In this document: in pieces, positions 1 to 11,264 of the stretch
How the letters are laid out: each line of letters opens with the position of its first letter
Numbering within the stretch: position 1 is the stretch's first letter
NCBI RefSeq assembly: GCF_006345805.1
Contig: NC_042998.1
Span: forward strand, 19,158,001-19,222,000
DNA: 64,000 nt
Origin: Octopus sinensis
Lineage: Eukaryota
Reading direction: 5' to 3'
The notes under the pieces: model-generated
What the model saw: the letters and a program-made list of their open reading frames with translations, nothing else
What the model was told of the DNA's origin: nothing
Database searches by the model: none
Made by a program: the position numbers and the translations under genes

Positions 1-604
1 TTAACACGATCGAGCTATTTCTGTTCAGCATGTGACAGATTTGTTAATAATGGTTCTGTTAAAGCCGACTGCTGAAGTACGATACGATCAGCATTTTAGA
101 ATAATTAAATTGCCTTATTTTACTTGGGGGGTTCATATATTGTTGCTTTCGCCCAAGTGCTTTCAATCGTAAAATATTAATAGCTTTGTTAATGCTCCGA
201 TAATTGTTTTCCAATTTATAGCTCGAATGTTTCGTGTGTATTGATTTTGAGTGAAATACTACTACCTGACCATGTCCTTCATAATAGGGACACTAAAAAT
301 AAGGTGAGTGACAATGACTGCTGCTGTGTCAACGACCAGTAGGTTATTATTAAAATGTTGTGGACGTGATAAAAATGCTAATGCTTTATATACTTTTAAT
401 AATGCAGGTGCTAGGGTGGATGATTTAAGACAACAGTGATGAAAATTGTGATGGAACAGAGCAAGAAGAGTCGGATACAGCAATGAGGAACCATGCCTAC
501 CATATTTCGTCTATAGCTTTTGGTAAATCAAATTCTATATTACCTGTAATATTAGGAAAAACTAAACGAAAACTAGCCAAAGTACAAGTATCTATCTGAA
601 GGTA

Positions 605-853
605 CACACGCGTATATACACTCACAGACATGCAAGCGACACTCACAGACACGCATTCACAGACATACACTCACAGACACGCATTCACTCACACACACAC
701 CCACACACATACGCACACATAGACACACACAGATACGCAAAAGAAACAAACAGACATACACACTCATATATTCTGAAAAGGAGAGAGAGAGACAGATAGA
801 AAGAGACAGACCTGCATAATGGTAGAATAAACAATATTTGCTTTTATAGAATG

Positions 854-915
<62 letters not shown>

Positions 916-1015
916 ATGCGTGGGTGCATGTGTGCCTCTGTGTGTGTTCGTTTGTGTGTGTATGTGAGAAAGTGGGAGACCGCGAATGAGTGAGAATGAG
1001 AGAGAAAGAGTGAAT
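605..1015. repeat. compound (CA)n/(TA)n/(TG)n microsatellite
   Basis: Directly visible dinucleotide runs; they explain the low-complexity 657..1196 ORF. Confidence 0.9.
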
Positions 1016-1471
1016 GTTGTGTGGAGACATATAGTTCCTTTCGAAAATTCATAAATTCCAATCTTTGATAGGAAAAAAAAGTACTACCACATGACAGATG
1101 TGAGCAGCAACTAACGGTCCACGAACGACAACAGAACAATAAAACAATGTTCCCCACCAAACCATGCTCTCCCACGCTAGGAACGTATGTATGCATTCTA
1201 CTTTAATTTATACGGCTAAAGGTAAAAATCAACCAAGCAGTATTCCATCCATTTATAGATGAACAATTAATGCATGCAGTATTGGTAAAAGCTACCAATT
1301 GTTTCATAGCAAGGCGACAAGATAATTCTGCAGAATTTTATATTACTTGAAATATGGCTTGGAGGCACAAGGCACGTTATATAAATAAGCCAAATCATCG
1401 GGTACCCATGGCATGAAACTGTTAGCAGTTCGTATTTAAATACTGTTATATTAAATGAATTTAGTTTACAT

Positions 1472-1884
1472 TACTCTTTACTCTTTTACTCTTTTACTTG
1501 TTTCAGTCATTTGACTGCAGCCATGCTGGAGCACCGCCTTTAGTCGAGCAAATCTACTCCGGGACTTATTCTTTGTAAGCCCAGTACTTATTCTATCGGT
1601 CTCTTTTGCCGAACCGCTAAGTGACGGGGACGTAAACACACCAGCATCGGTTGTCAAGCAATGCTAGGGGGACAAACACAGACACACAAACATACACAGA
1701 AATACATATATATATATATACGACAGGCTTCTTTCAGTTTCCCTCTAACAAATCCACTCAGAAAGCATTGGTCGGCCCGAGGCTATAGCAGAAGACACTT
1801 GCCCAAGGTGCCACGCAGTGGGACTGAACCCGGAACCATGTGGTTGGTAAGCAAGCTACTTACCACACCGCCACTCCTGCGCCT
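1472..1884 (-). mobile_element. tRNA-derived SINE, family A (full length)
   Basis: Minus strand starts AGGCGCAGGAGTGGCGGTGTGGT (A box) then GGGTTCAGTCCC (B-box-like), has an internal (TA)/(TG) tract and ends in (GTAAAAGA)n; about 9 copies in the window. Confidence 0.9.
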
Positions 1885-3025
1885 TTATGTAATAGATTTT
1901 GAAATAAAACATTCGAAGCGAACCTATTACAATCCCAAGCCAGCACAACTTATAGAAAAACCATAAATCTCCGGAACCAAAATGGTGAACAATGATGACG
2001 ATCTTATCTTGAGCGACGCAAACAGAACCTAGGAATTATAAATGGATACAAGATGAACATGATTATAAACTGCAAGCACATTATATATTTTTGAACTAAG
2101 TAAATATGAAAACTTTATCAAACTACACATGTTATACTTGGAATAAATCATCTATATTTAAAAATAATTGTTGACTGTAACATACTGTAAGATCTTATCT
2201 AAAAAATATGGAAGATTATGCTTTCAGACATATATACAAAACATGCAGAATAAAGTATTTCGCACAAAAATAGGGGGACTTTACGAAAAACAGTGTGCAT
2301 ACAAACGTGAATAATGTAAGTGTTAACGTTGATGTGAAAAACAAGGTGTATGGAAAAGCTAAATAATAAACCATATGCACATCAAGATCTAAAGCATCTA
2401 TAAAACAGTGAGCGATAATATGCAAATAAGAGAAACATTATATAAAAGCGGGAAAAGTAATAAATCTGAGAGAGTTATGAGAATACAAAATTCTAAAATT
2501 GATATTCTGAATATGATTATAAAGTTAAAATTAAGTACAACAGATTTTAATCAATAGAATGATTTTTCTCAGGGTCAACCGGATCCATTTCTAAATATAA
2601 TGTTTCGGTTAAAATCAGCACATGAATAAAGATTGAACACTTACTGTAGTTGAGTTAATGAAAACAAGCCTACACATGAATATAATCAAGATTACATCAT
2701 GTGCAACAGCAGCACTCATTTGAAAGAAAAATTCCTACTCGTTCAAATTTACTCGTATAAGATTATAAAAACGCATTGAAGCATCGTCAAAGTATTTCGC
2801 AATCCTGAATGAAATCAATATAAAAAAAAAACACAAATGAAATAAAGAATGGTTACAAATACTACAATAATAAGGCAACAACTCGAAAAACTAACAAGAA
2901 ACAAGGGAATAACAACAATTGTAAAGTTTCTTTCAGCAAAACAAAAGTTCCTTACAAATTAATAAATAGAAAGAGATTAAAAATAATATGGTAATTAATG
3001 TATCGAGAAAAGTAGATGAACCTTG

Positions 3026-3137
3026 TGGAGGCACATGTCCTAGTGGTTAGAGTAGCGGACTCGCGGTCGAGGAATTGCGTGTTCGAATCACAGACCGGGC
3101 GATGTGTGTGTTTATGAGCGAAACACCTAAGTTCCAC
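3026..3137 (+). mobile_element. 5' head of tRNA-derived SINE family C (part of chimera)
   Basis: TCCTAGTGGTTAG A box and GTTCGAATC B box; colinear with the first ~110 nt of the element at 5415 up to ACCTAAG(T/C)TCCAC. Confidence 0.85.
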
Positions 3138-3144
3138 TCGAAAA

Positions 3145-3258
3145 ACGGCCATATCATGTTGAAAGCCACGGTTCTCGTCCGATCACCGAAGTTAAGCAAC
3201 GTCGAGCGTAGTTAGTACTTTGATGGGCGACCGCTTAGAAAACCTAGGTGCTGTAAGC
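3145..3258 (+). pseudogene. near full-length 5S rRNA copy (retro-pseudogene inside a chimera)
   Basis: ACGGCCATATCATGTTGAAA...GTTCTCGTCCGATCACCGAAGTTAAGCAAC...GTTAGTACTT.GATGGG.GACCGC...GGTGCTGTAAGC matches the metazoan 5S consensus. It lacks the first ~4 nt and the oligo-T terminator and has several substitutions. Confidence 0.92.
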
Positions 3259-3260
3259 AA

Positions 3261-4027
3261 AGGCGTCGAACTGGCAGAAACGTTAGCACGCCGGGCGAAA
3301 TGCGTAACCATATTGCGTCTGCCGCTACGTTCTGAGTTCAAATTCTGCCGAGGTCGACTTTGCGTTTCATCCCTTCGAGGTCGATTAAATAATATAATCC
3401 ACTTAATCCGTTAGTCTGTCCTTGTTTGTCCCCTCTGTGTTTAGACCCTTGTGGGTAGTAAAGAAATAGGTACCTCGTCTGCTGTTAGGTTCTGAGTTCA
3501 AATTCCGGCAAGGTCGACTTTGTCTTTCATCCTTTCGGGGTCGATAAATTAAATACCAGTTACACACCGGGGTCAATGTAATCGACTTAATCCGTTTGTC
3601 TGTCCTTGTTTGTCATGTCTGTGTTTAGCCCCTTGTGGGTAGTAACGAAAGAGAAATAGGTATTTCGTCTGCCGCTACGTTCTGAGTTCAAATTCCGCCG
3701 AGGTTGACTTTGCCTTTCATCCTTTCGAGGTCGATTAAATATGTATGATTTACGCACTGGGGTCGATATAATCCACTTAATCCGTATGTCTGTCCTTGTT
3801 TGTCCCTTCTGTATTTAGGCCCTTGTGGGTAGTAAAGAAATAGGTATTTCGTGTGTCGCCACGTTCAGAGTTCAAATTCTGCCGAGGTCGACTTTGCCTT
3901 TCATCCTTTCGGGGTCGATTAAATAAGTACTAGTTAAGCACTGGGGTCGATGTAATCGACTTAATTCGTTTGTCTGTCCTTGTTTGTTCCCTCTGTATTT
4001 GGCCCTTTGCGGGCATTAAATAAATAA
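3261..4027 (+). mobile_element. SINE family B, one head plus four tandem body units
   Basis: Head AGGCGTCGAACTGGCAGAAACGTTAGCACGCC; units restart at 3470, 3660 and 3844, each with the B box GAGTTCAAATT and the core TTTCATCCTTTCGGGGTCGAT. Confidence 0.9.
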
Positions 4028-5414
4028 GAGAAAAGTAGATGAACCTTGAGAGTGCGAATATTGTCAGAAATAGGGTCTGTGTCGAACAACAACCTTCCTT
4101 ATAAGAAAGAAAACTAAAAAAATTGGTTGTAAATTTAGAGAATGGTTAAAACCGCAGAGAGAATACTTCGTGTTATTTTTTCCGACTCTGCGCCGAGAGC
4201 TCAAATCTTGCTGAGGTACAATTTCATAATATGCCACTACAGAACAGTGCCTTGCTGAGAATATATGAACATCAACTTTAATTGCCTTGTGGCTTTTGTT
4301 CCAGGTCTATTATATTGCCATCTTTAGTGATAGATATACCACATTAGCCTGTATAATTTTAGTACTTGACATCTGAGATACCGTTGCCGGAGTCTAATAT
4401 GGAAACATGTTTCTCTCAATTCTGAAGTATATCTAGGCTACTGCTCTCCTATCTGCCGAAAAGTGGAAAAATCTATATCTCATAATGTAGAATAAAAATG
4501 ATACGAATAACAGAACGAACAAAAGTTTGACAGAAAGAAGTGATTTTATAAAAATTATATAGTCAAAGCATGCTGAAAAAAAGAAAAGTTAATGTTTTGT
4601 AAGTGCCAGAAAGAACAGCCAACTGGCTGTCTGAAATAGCGGTATTTCCAGAACTAAAATACCGAAGCGCTGTATATATTATAAATACACATATTGCCAA
4701 AGTACAATGTACAACGTCCTAACTATGGCAGGAACGCTACGATTACGATTATATGCGAAACAACACATTAATAGAAGAAAAATATCACGCCATGATAATG
4801 ATCACATGAGTTGGTGTTCTAGATAACCCTAATTGGGGACAGAAATGGAAAAGAGAAACGGTAAATATATAAAGAATTCATTACCAGGAAATATTTCTTC
4901 ACGCCGCTCACCAAACCTTGGCCACAAATATCACGTTAAACATAAAAACGATATAACATTTAACGAGTCATGAATAAATGGAAAAGAAGAGAGAGATAGA
5001 GAAAGAATTTAAAATGTCAGTTTTATTACAAGTCTATTATTTTAATGAAATACTGACACACCTTTCAGATTCTATCAACTGTACCACTTATAATGAACGT
5101 GATAATCTCAGATAAACATGCTGTGGAAGAGTAATAAACTATGCAAAGCAAACGATCACATTTATGCTGTACGATTAAGATGATAAAAAAGAAGAAATGT
5201 AACATGTCGTGCATGATATTCCCATAAAAAAATCTTTTTAGAAGCATAAACCATTACAAATTTGAATAGGCAAAGTTTAGAACGTCGAGTGCGTGTTATA
5301 TAGAGAAAAAGATTTATGATACTTATACAAATCACGTACTTTAAATATAAAATTAATGCATGCGCACATAGAAGCAAAGTTTAGAAACGAATAATATTCA
5401 GACATTAGATCAGT

Positions 5415-5716
5415 GTAGAGGCACAAGGCCTAGTGGTTAGAGCAGCGGACTCGCTGTCGAGGGAGGGTTCGAACCTCAGACCGGGTGATGTGTGTGTTTA
5501 TGAGCGAAACACCTAAGCTCCACGCGGCTCCGGCAGAAGGTAATGGCGAACTTCTACTAACTCTTTCGCCACAACTTTCGCTCACTATTTCCTCCTGCAG
5601 CTAGCAGTTCGCCTTTGATTGACCGGCGTCCCGATTAGGTGGTGAATCTATGCGTCAATGGAACGGGAAAACTGGCCCTTATGAGTCAGGCATGGCTCGA
5701 GAAGGAACAAATAACA
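5415..5716 (+). mobile_element. tRNA-derived SINE family C, full length, with 13-bp TSD
   Basis: A and B boxes, tail ...GAGAAGGAACAAATAACA; ACATTAGATCAGT is repeated at 5402-5414 and 5717-5729. Confidence 0.88.
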
Positions 5717-7257
5717 ACATTAGATCAGTACTTCGAACAGAAATAAACACGAAAACATTAATAAGCATTAGTATTTTTGTTCTCCCAAAATAAGTTTTTG
5801 TTATTTGCAAATGTTACAAATTGATAAGCAGAAACTGGTAAATAATAACAACTACTTTCTATGCACTACTTCAAATATAATACAGCGATTAATATTACCA
5901 CTAATGTAAAGATGTAGATATCTTATGAAATCATAAAAATATTACATAATATCTATCGCATAACTGTTAATAACGAACAATTGAAACTAATGCAAATTGC
6001 TACAATACACGTCTACATCCAGAGTTCTGCCACCGAAGATATAAATGTTGAAATATAAAAAAAAACATATTTATATAAAAGTAAGATTATCCTTGAGAAT
6101 AGCATACTAATATGGTTCCAGGGAAGTTTGTAGTTGCTCAGTACTTGGAGAACACGACAGGGTAAACAGACGAAGAAACAATTTGGCGAGGGCTACGATG
6201 GTTATGAATCAAAGCTTTGATTTCGATGCTTGATAAATACATTCCCAGCAGAAACTCCCGAGCGCATGTAACGATGTAAAATACACCAAGTGTATAATAT
6301 GAGGTTGTAAGGCAAATATTAATCAAAATATATGATATATCCGCATCGTTCCTGGCTGCCTAATCGTCACGAAGAAAAAAAATCACGTATTAGCATGGGA
6401 AAGATAACATTCTTTTCTACAGTCCAATATATACCATATCACAAAACACCAACCGAAATTGGTTACTATAAACGCGCTCTATAAAAGCTCTCGGGAATTG
6501 GTAAAGCAAACATATCGTAATGAGATATAAGAAATGTAAGAATATCAAGACAAGATGAACCTTCTGACCTAAGTATAAGTTCTAACCATCAGTAAGTTGA
6601 TTGAAATAAATGGTGAAATTATCGAATTATATACAGCTAAAATATACAAAACCAGAATATAGAAATGAAAAGGAGAAAATACTATAATGATAATATTTGA
6701 AAGGGTGATAAATATCGATGCAAACAAATCCATAAAATAATCCACACGTATGCAATATACAATAGATAACACTGCTTGTCAGTGTATCCTCATTTCTTTG
6801 AGTGCTTTCATTACAGTTGGGCCAACAATATCACTCTACATACCGATGGTGTACATAACACAGTTCGGCTGGTTTTCAAAACTACGAAAATAAACTAAAA
6901 GTACAACTGTTGCAATAATACCTAATTCATTCATATATAGAACGCAGAAGGACTTTCTAACAACCAATGAACCGTCAGGCTATATTATGGATTTATATGG
7001 ACTTGTTTGTTGAACTTTGTTTGTCGTAAAGCAAAAATGTTATCTTCGTTAAAATTAATGGGGATGGTGGAAAGATTCCACAATTTATGACACAAGAATT
7101 AAAAATTCTGTAGATGCTTCTTAGATAATTCTAACTTCAAGTAAGAAATCAGAAGTGCAGCGAAAATCGGCAAACGAATTTTAATTATGTAAGCTTATTG
7201 CAGTTATATGACTATTCTCATTTATTAAAAGGTGTCATTCAATTAGTATATTTATCA

Positions 7258-7567
7258 GTGGCTTAGTGGTTAGGGCATTCGGCTCACGATTGTAAGACCG
7301 TGAGTTCGATTCCCGGCGACGCGTTGTGTCCTTGAGCAAGACACTTTATTTCACGTTGCTCCAGTTCACTCAGCTGGCAAAAATGAGTTCTACCTGTATT
7401 TCAAAGGGGGCCAACCTTGATACACTCTCTGTCACGCTGCATCTCCCTGACAACTACGTTAGGGCTACACGTGTCTGTGGTGTGCTCAGCCACTTGCACG
7501 TTAATTTCACGAGCAGGCTGTTCCGTTGATCGTATCAGCTCATCGTCGTAACCGACGGAGTGCTCCT
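7258..7567 (+). mobile_element. tRNA-derived SINE family E
   Basis: GGCTTAGTGGTTAGG A box, GAGTTCGATTCC B box, GTGTCCTTGAGCAAGACACTT segment; 3' half shared with 27958-28339. Confidence 0.85.
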
Positions 7568-8010
7568 ATATATATATTGCAGATAAGACATTAAGTAATA
7601 GGTTCACTAACTTAATATTCTAAACCTAATAACATGAATTCTATTCAAACTCTTGTTTTCTATTCTTATTGTTTTATATCCGTTTATATTCTGATTTTAA
7701 CTTTTTTTATATACTCTCCGTTCCTATTTAGCTATCTTGTTTCCATATATCACCAATTCATCGTTTATAAAACACACTAATTCCTAAATATGTTCAATCA
7801 GAGCCATTCTGTTTCAATTCAGATATTATAAGTGACGTGCCTAAACTTTCAAGCATTCCGTTCCTTTTGTAAAGCAGTAAAATATAAATCCGTACATATG
7901 TTACCGTTAATTCGAGCAAGTCAGAAAAGATACCTATATTATGCAACATTCGTAAGCATGCTGCCATGTAACGAATTATGTCTAGTAATACAGTTCTATA
8001 TTTCAGAGAT

Positions 8011-8078
8011 GAGGAATTATGTACATTATTTACAATTGACGGATATTTCTCTTCATTCCCAAGGTATTTTTCGATGTT
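8011..8078 (-). mobile_element. internally deleted tail of family G element (left arm of palindrome)
   Basis: Reverse complement CATCGAAAAATACCTTGGGAATGA...AAATATCCGTCAATTGTAAATAATGTA matches 9478-9506 and 9596-9630 with the middle missing. Confidence 0.75.
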
Positions 8079-8110
8079 GTTATTATTATTATTATTATTA
8101 TTATCATTAT

Positions 8111-8550
8111 TGAGTGAGAGAGCAGTTCATGCCATCAAAGTGACACTGGGGTAAAATATACGAAGCCCAATATACCCATCATGACTACCCGTCTGATAAA
8201 GGTACACCAGGCACATGCATCACAACCATATGTGCGCGACATGGTGATCTCATATCAAGATAAACAGCACATGACCTTGCAGGTGGGGCCCAGTTAGAAT
8301 TTTCTGGTCCCTGAATAATGGTCTTTTAAGGATATTGAAAGAACCACCCATGTTTCCAGAGGTGAACTATTCAAACCCCAAAGAATCCCTCTCAACACAT
8401 GGCTATGATGCTCCCCCACTACTTCTGCTCGTGATCAGAGATGCACATATCGTCAGCCACTAAGGGACATGCTCAACTGGTTAAGGTCAAACAACTGACA
8501 AGCAAATCTGTGGTATTGAGCAGAATATTTGCTGTAGCCCATCTTTTATT
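8111..8550 (-). mobile_element. family D non-autonomous retro-element, copy 1, in (TTA)n
   Basis: Minus strand ends ...CTGCTCTCTCACTCAATAAT; same family at 8626, 26877 and 36855-37800. Confidence 0.8.
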
Positions 8551-8625
8551 GTTATCATTATTATTATTATTATTATTATATTATTATTATTATTTTATTA
8601 TTATTATTATTATTATTATCATTAT

Positions 8626-9095
8626 TGAGTGAGAGAGCAGTTCATGCCATCAAAGTGACACTGGGGTAAAATATACGAAGCCCAATATACCCATCATGAC
8701 TACCCGTCTGATAAAGGTACACCAGGCACATGCATCACAACCATATGTGCGCGACATGGTGATCTCATATCAAGATAAACAGCACATGACCTTGCAGGTG
8801 GGGCCCAGTTAGAATTTTCTTCAGGTTGAGTAGCCCATCCCGCTCAAACGGTCCCTGAATAATGGTCTTTTAAGGATGTTGAAAGAACCACCCATGTTTC
8901 CAGAGGTGAACTATTCAAACCCCAAAGAATCCCTCTCAACACATGGCTATGATGCTCCCCCACTACTTCTGCTCGTGATCAGAGATGCACATATCGTCAG
9001 CCACTAAGGGACATGCTCAACTGGTTAAGGTCAAACAACTGACAAGCAAATCTGTGGTATTGAGCAGAATATTTGCTGTAGCCCATCTTTTATTG
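8626..9095 (-). mobile_element. family D element, copy 2 (tandem with copy 1)
   Basis: Near-identical to 8111-8550, with 29 extra bp (TCAGGTTGAGTAGCCCATCCCGCTCAAAC). Confidence 0.8.
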
Positions 9096-9098
9096 TTA

Positions 9099-9158
<60 letters not shown>

Positions 9159-9161
9159 TTA

Positions 9162-9248
9162 CTGCCTGGAATCGAACTCGGAATATTGGGGTTAAGGGTG
9201 CAGGTATATGGCTACTAATCCCAAGATTCCGAGTTCGATTCCAGGCAG
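9162..9248. repeat. perfect 23-bp inverted repeat containing a Pol III B box
   Basis: CTGCCTGGAATCGAACTCGGAAT (9162-9184) and ATTCCGAGTTCGATTCCAGGCAG (9226-9248), flanked by (TTA)n on the left and (TAA)n on the right. Confidence 0.95.
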
Positions 9249-9253
9249 GGACT

Positions 9254-9295
<42 letters not shown>

Positions 9296-9528
9296 GTAAT
9301 AGTAATAATAATAATAGTAATAGTAATAATAATAATAATAATAATATAATAATAATAATAGTAATAATAATAATAGCAATAATAATAATAATAATAATAA
9401 TAATAGTAATAATAATAAGAAGAATAAAAATGATAATAATAATAATAAAAACAACAACAACAACAAAAACAGCAACAGCATCGAAACATACCTTGGGAAT
9501 AAGAACCCAGGGTCGAAATTTCTACAAG

Positions 9529-9573
9529 ACACCTGATGAAGGCTGGAGCGTATAATCAGCCGAATCCTTGTGT
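9529..9573 (+). ncRNA. degenerate type I hammerhead ribozyme motif
   Basis: ACAC-CTGATGA-A-GGCTG(loop)CAGCC-GAA-TCC-TT-GTGT. Stems I and II are intact; the GAAAC/stem III region is altered. Confidence 0.55.
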
Positions 9574-10794
9574 TAACAACAAACAAGATGAGGACAAATA
9601 TCCCTCAATTGTAAATAATGTAAATAATGTATAGTTATACTTACTGAGAAACTTCTTAATACTCTGTATCTATTGCAAAATTTACAGGCTTCTTCTTTGC
9701 ATTCTTATAAGGAAAGCATCATTGTATATTTTTTACCGCGTTATAAAACTAAAATTGAATTTATCACTTTCACTTTCCGTTAACTGACAGCTGACTCGTA
9801 TTTAAATATTGGTAATCCCTCCAGAATACTATGATAATATTATATCATCGTGTTTCGTTTTTATGTTCCGACCAATCTATTCATTGGCTATTATTTCTTT
9901 CTTTTATAACAACCACCGTCAGTGTACACGTTTACTTATCGTAAACAAAAATAATTCTTGCAAACTATATTTATTCTCTCCATACAACTTCTCTATACCA
10001 CTCTATATTGTTATATCTAAGTGCAAGGATTAGACTAGGTATCTAGAAGTAATAGAATTTACGTTCCACAAAATATTTCCTCATTGATTACTGAATAAAC
10101 TTTCGTCAAATGAATACCTGTATTTACTCAATTTCTAGTGGGTATTCCACTTTATCCACGTAACAATGAACCAATATACATACAAGACATTTACTTTGTG
10201 AAACATATCGATACGTATTGTGCAGGTGGTATTGATTATTTCATCTTAAAAGAAGCTAGCATGATCATTTCCATGTATCCAATGAAAAATGGTTTTCCTT
10301 CAAGGAAACCAAATGCATACAGAAACATGTGTAAAGATGAGATAATACTCTTATTAAACATACTTCGTTGCAAGTATATTTGCAAGTATATAATCTTATA
10401 AGTTAAATTTTGCTTAATTGCGTTAATGCAAAGTTGTGTGTTTGTAAGGCATGATCGTTGGCAATCTTCTATGTGTATTACAAAACATATTTCGAAAAGA
10501 TTAAATATACATTTGTCGCATTGATAATCAGTAAATAACAATTTGAAAGTAGTTTGATGCTGGTGCACGGAACCTTGATTGAATCTGTTTCAATATGAAC
10601 CACATAGTATCAGTTAGAGGTGATGCTAAATCCCTTAATATAAATACACGCACCTCACACACATAGACACATACAGACACACATATAGACATACAGACAC
10701 TTACAGATACACGCACACATATATACAAATACACGTACATATTATTACATGAAACGTGTGGTATGTACCTGGTAACTTACTGGTGAAGCATTAA

Positions 10795-10921
<127 letters not shown>

Positions 10922-11129
10922 ATATATATTATATATATATATACATATATAATAATAAATATTAGGGAATAAATCCAAATTTACAGGGAAAAAATCAGAT
11001 TTAGGATTAAATCCAATTTTATAGTAAAATATTATATAATATTAATTCGAGACAAAACCACTATTTTGCAAAACAAACAAGGAAAGACTTAATCAATACA
11101 TAAAATTTTAATAGAAAGTAAATAAACCG

Positions 11130-11173
11130 CCACTACAATCGTTTCATGTCTTCAAATGACATTCGTCAGGTGG
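11130..11173 (-). ncRNA. intact minimal type I hammerhead ribozyme
   Basis: Minus strand CCAC-CUGACGA-AUGUC(auuugaa)GACAU-GAA-AC(gauu)GU-A-GUGG: full catalytic core, stems I, II and III, GUA cleavage triplet. Confidence 0.8.
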
Positions 11174-11220
11174 ATTTCCGATTTTCAAATCAGTTTGAAA
11201 CTGATTTGAAAATCGGAAAT

Positions 11221-11264
11221 CCACCTGACGAATTTCATTTGAAGACATGAAACGATTGTAGTGG
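11221..11264 (+). ncRNA. mirror hammerhead ribozyme with one stem II mismatch
   Basis: CCACCTGACGAATTTCATTTGAAGACATGAAACGATTGTAGTGG; a G>T change in stem II relative to the left arm. Confidence 0.7.

Noticed and set aside
3145-3258. Functional 5S rRNA gene
   Set aside because: Solitary, 5' end and terminator missing, substitutions present, embedded within a TSD-bounded insertion.
3261-4027. CRISPR-like or ribozyme-bearing tandem array
   Set aside because: Units are contiguous SINE bodies without unique spacers; I searched both strands of the unit for a CTGANGA...GAAA hammerhead core and found none.
6138-6326. GC-richer patch as candidate exon
   Set aside because: Stops in plausible frames, weak splice sites, no recognisable product.
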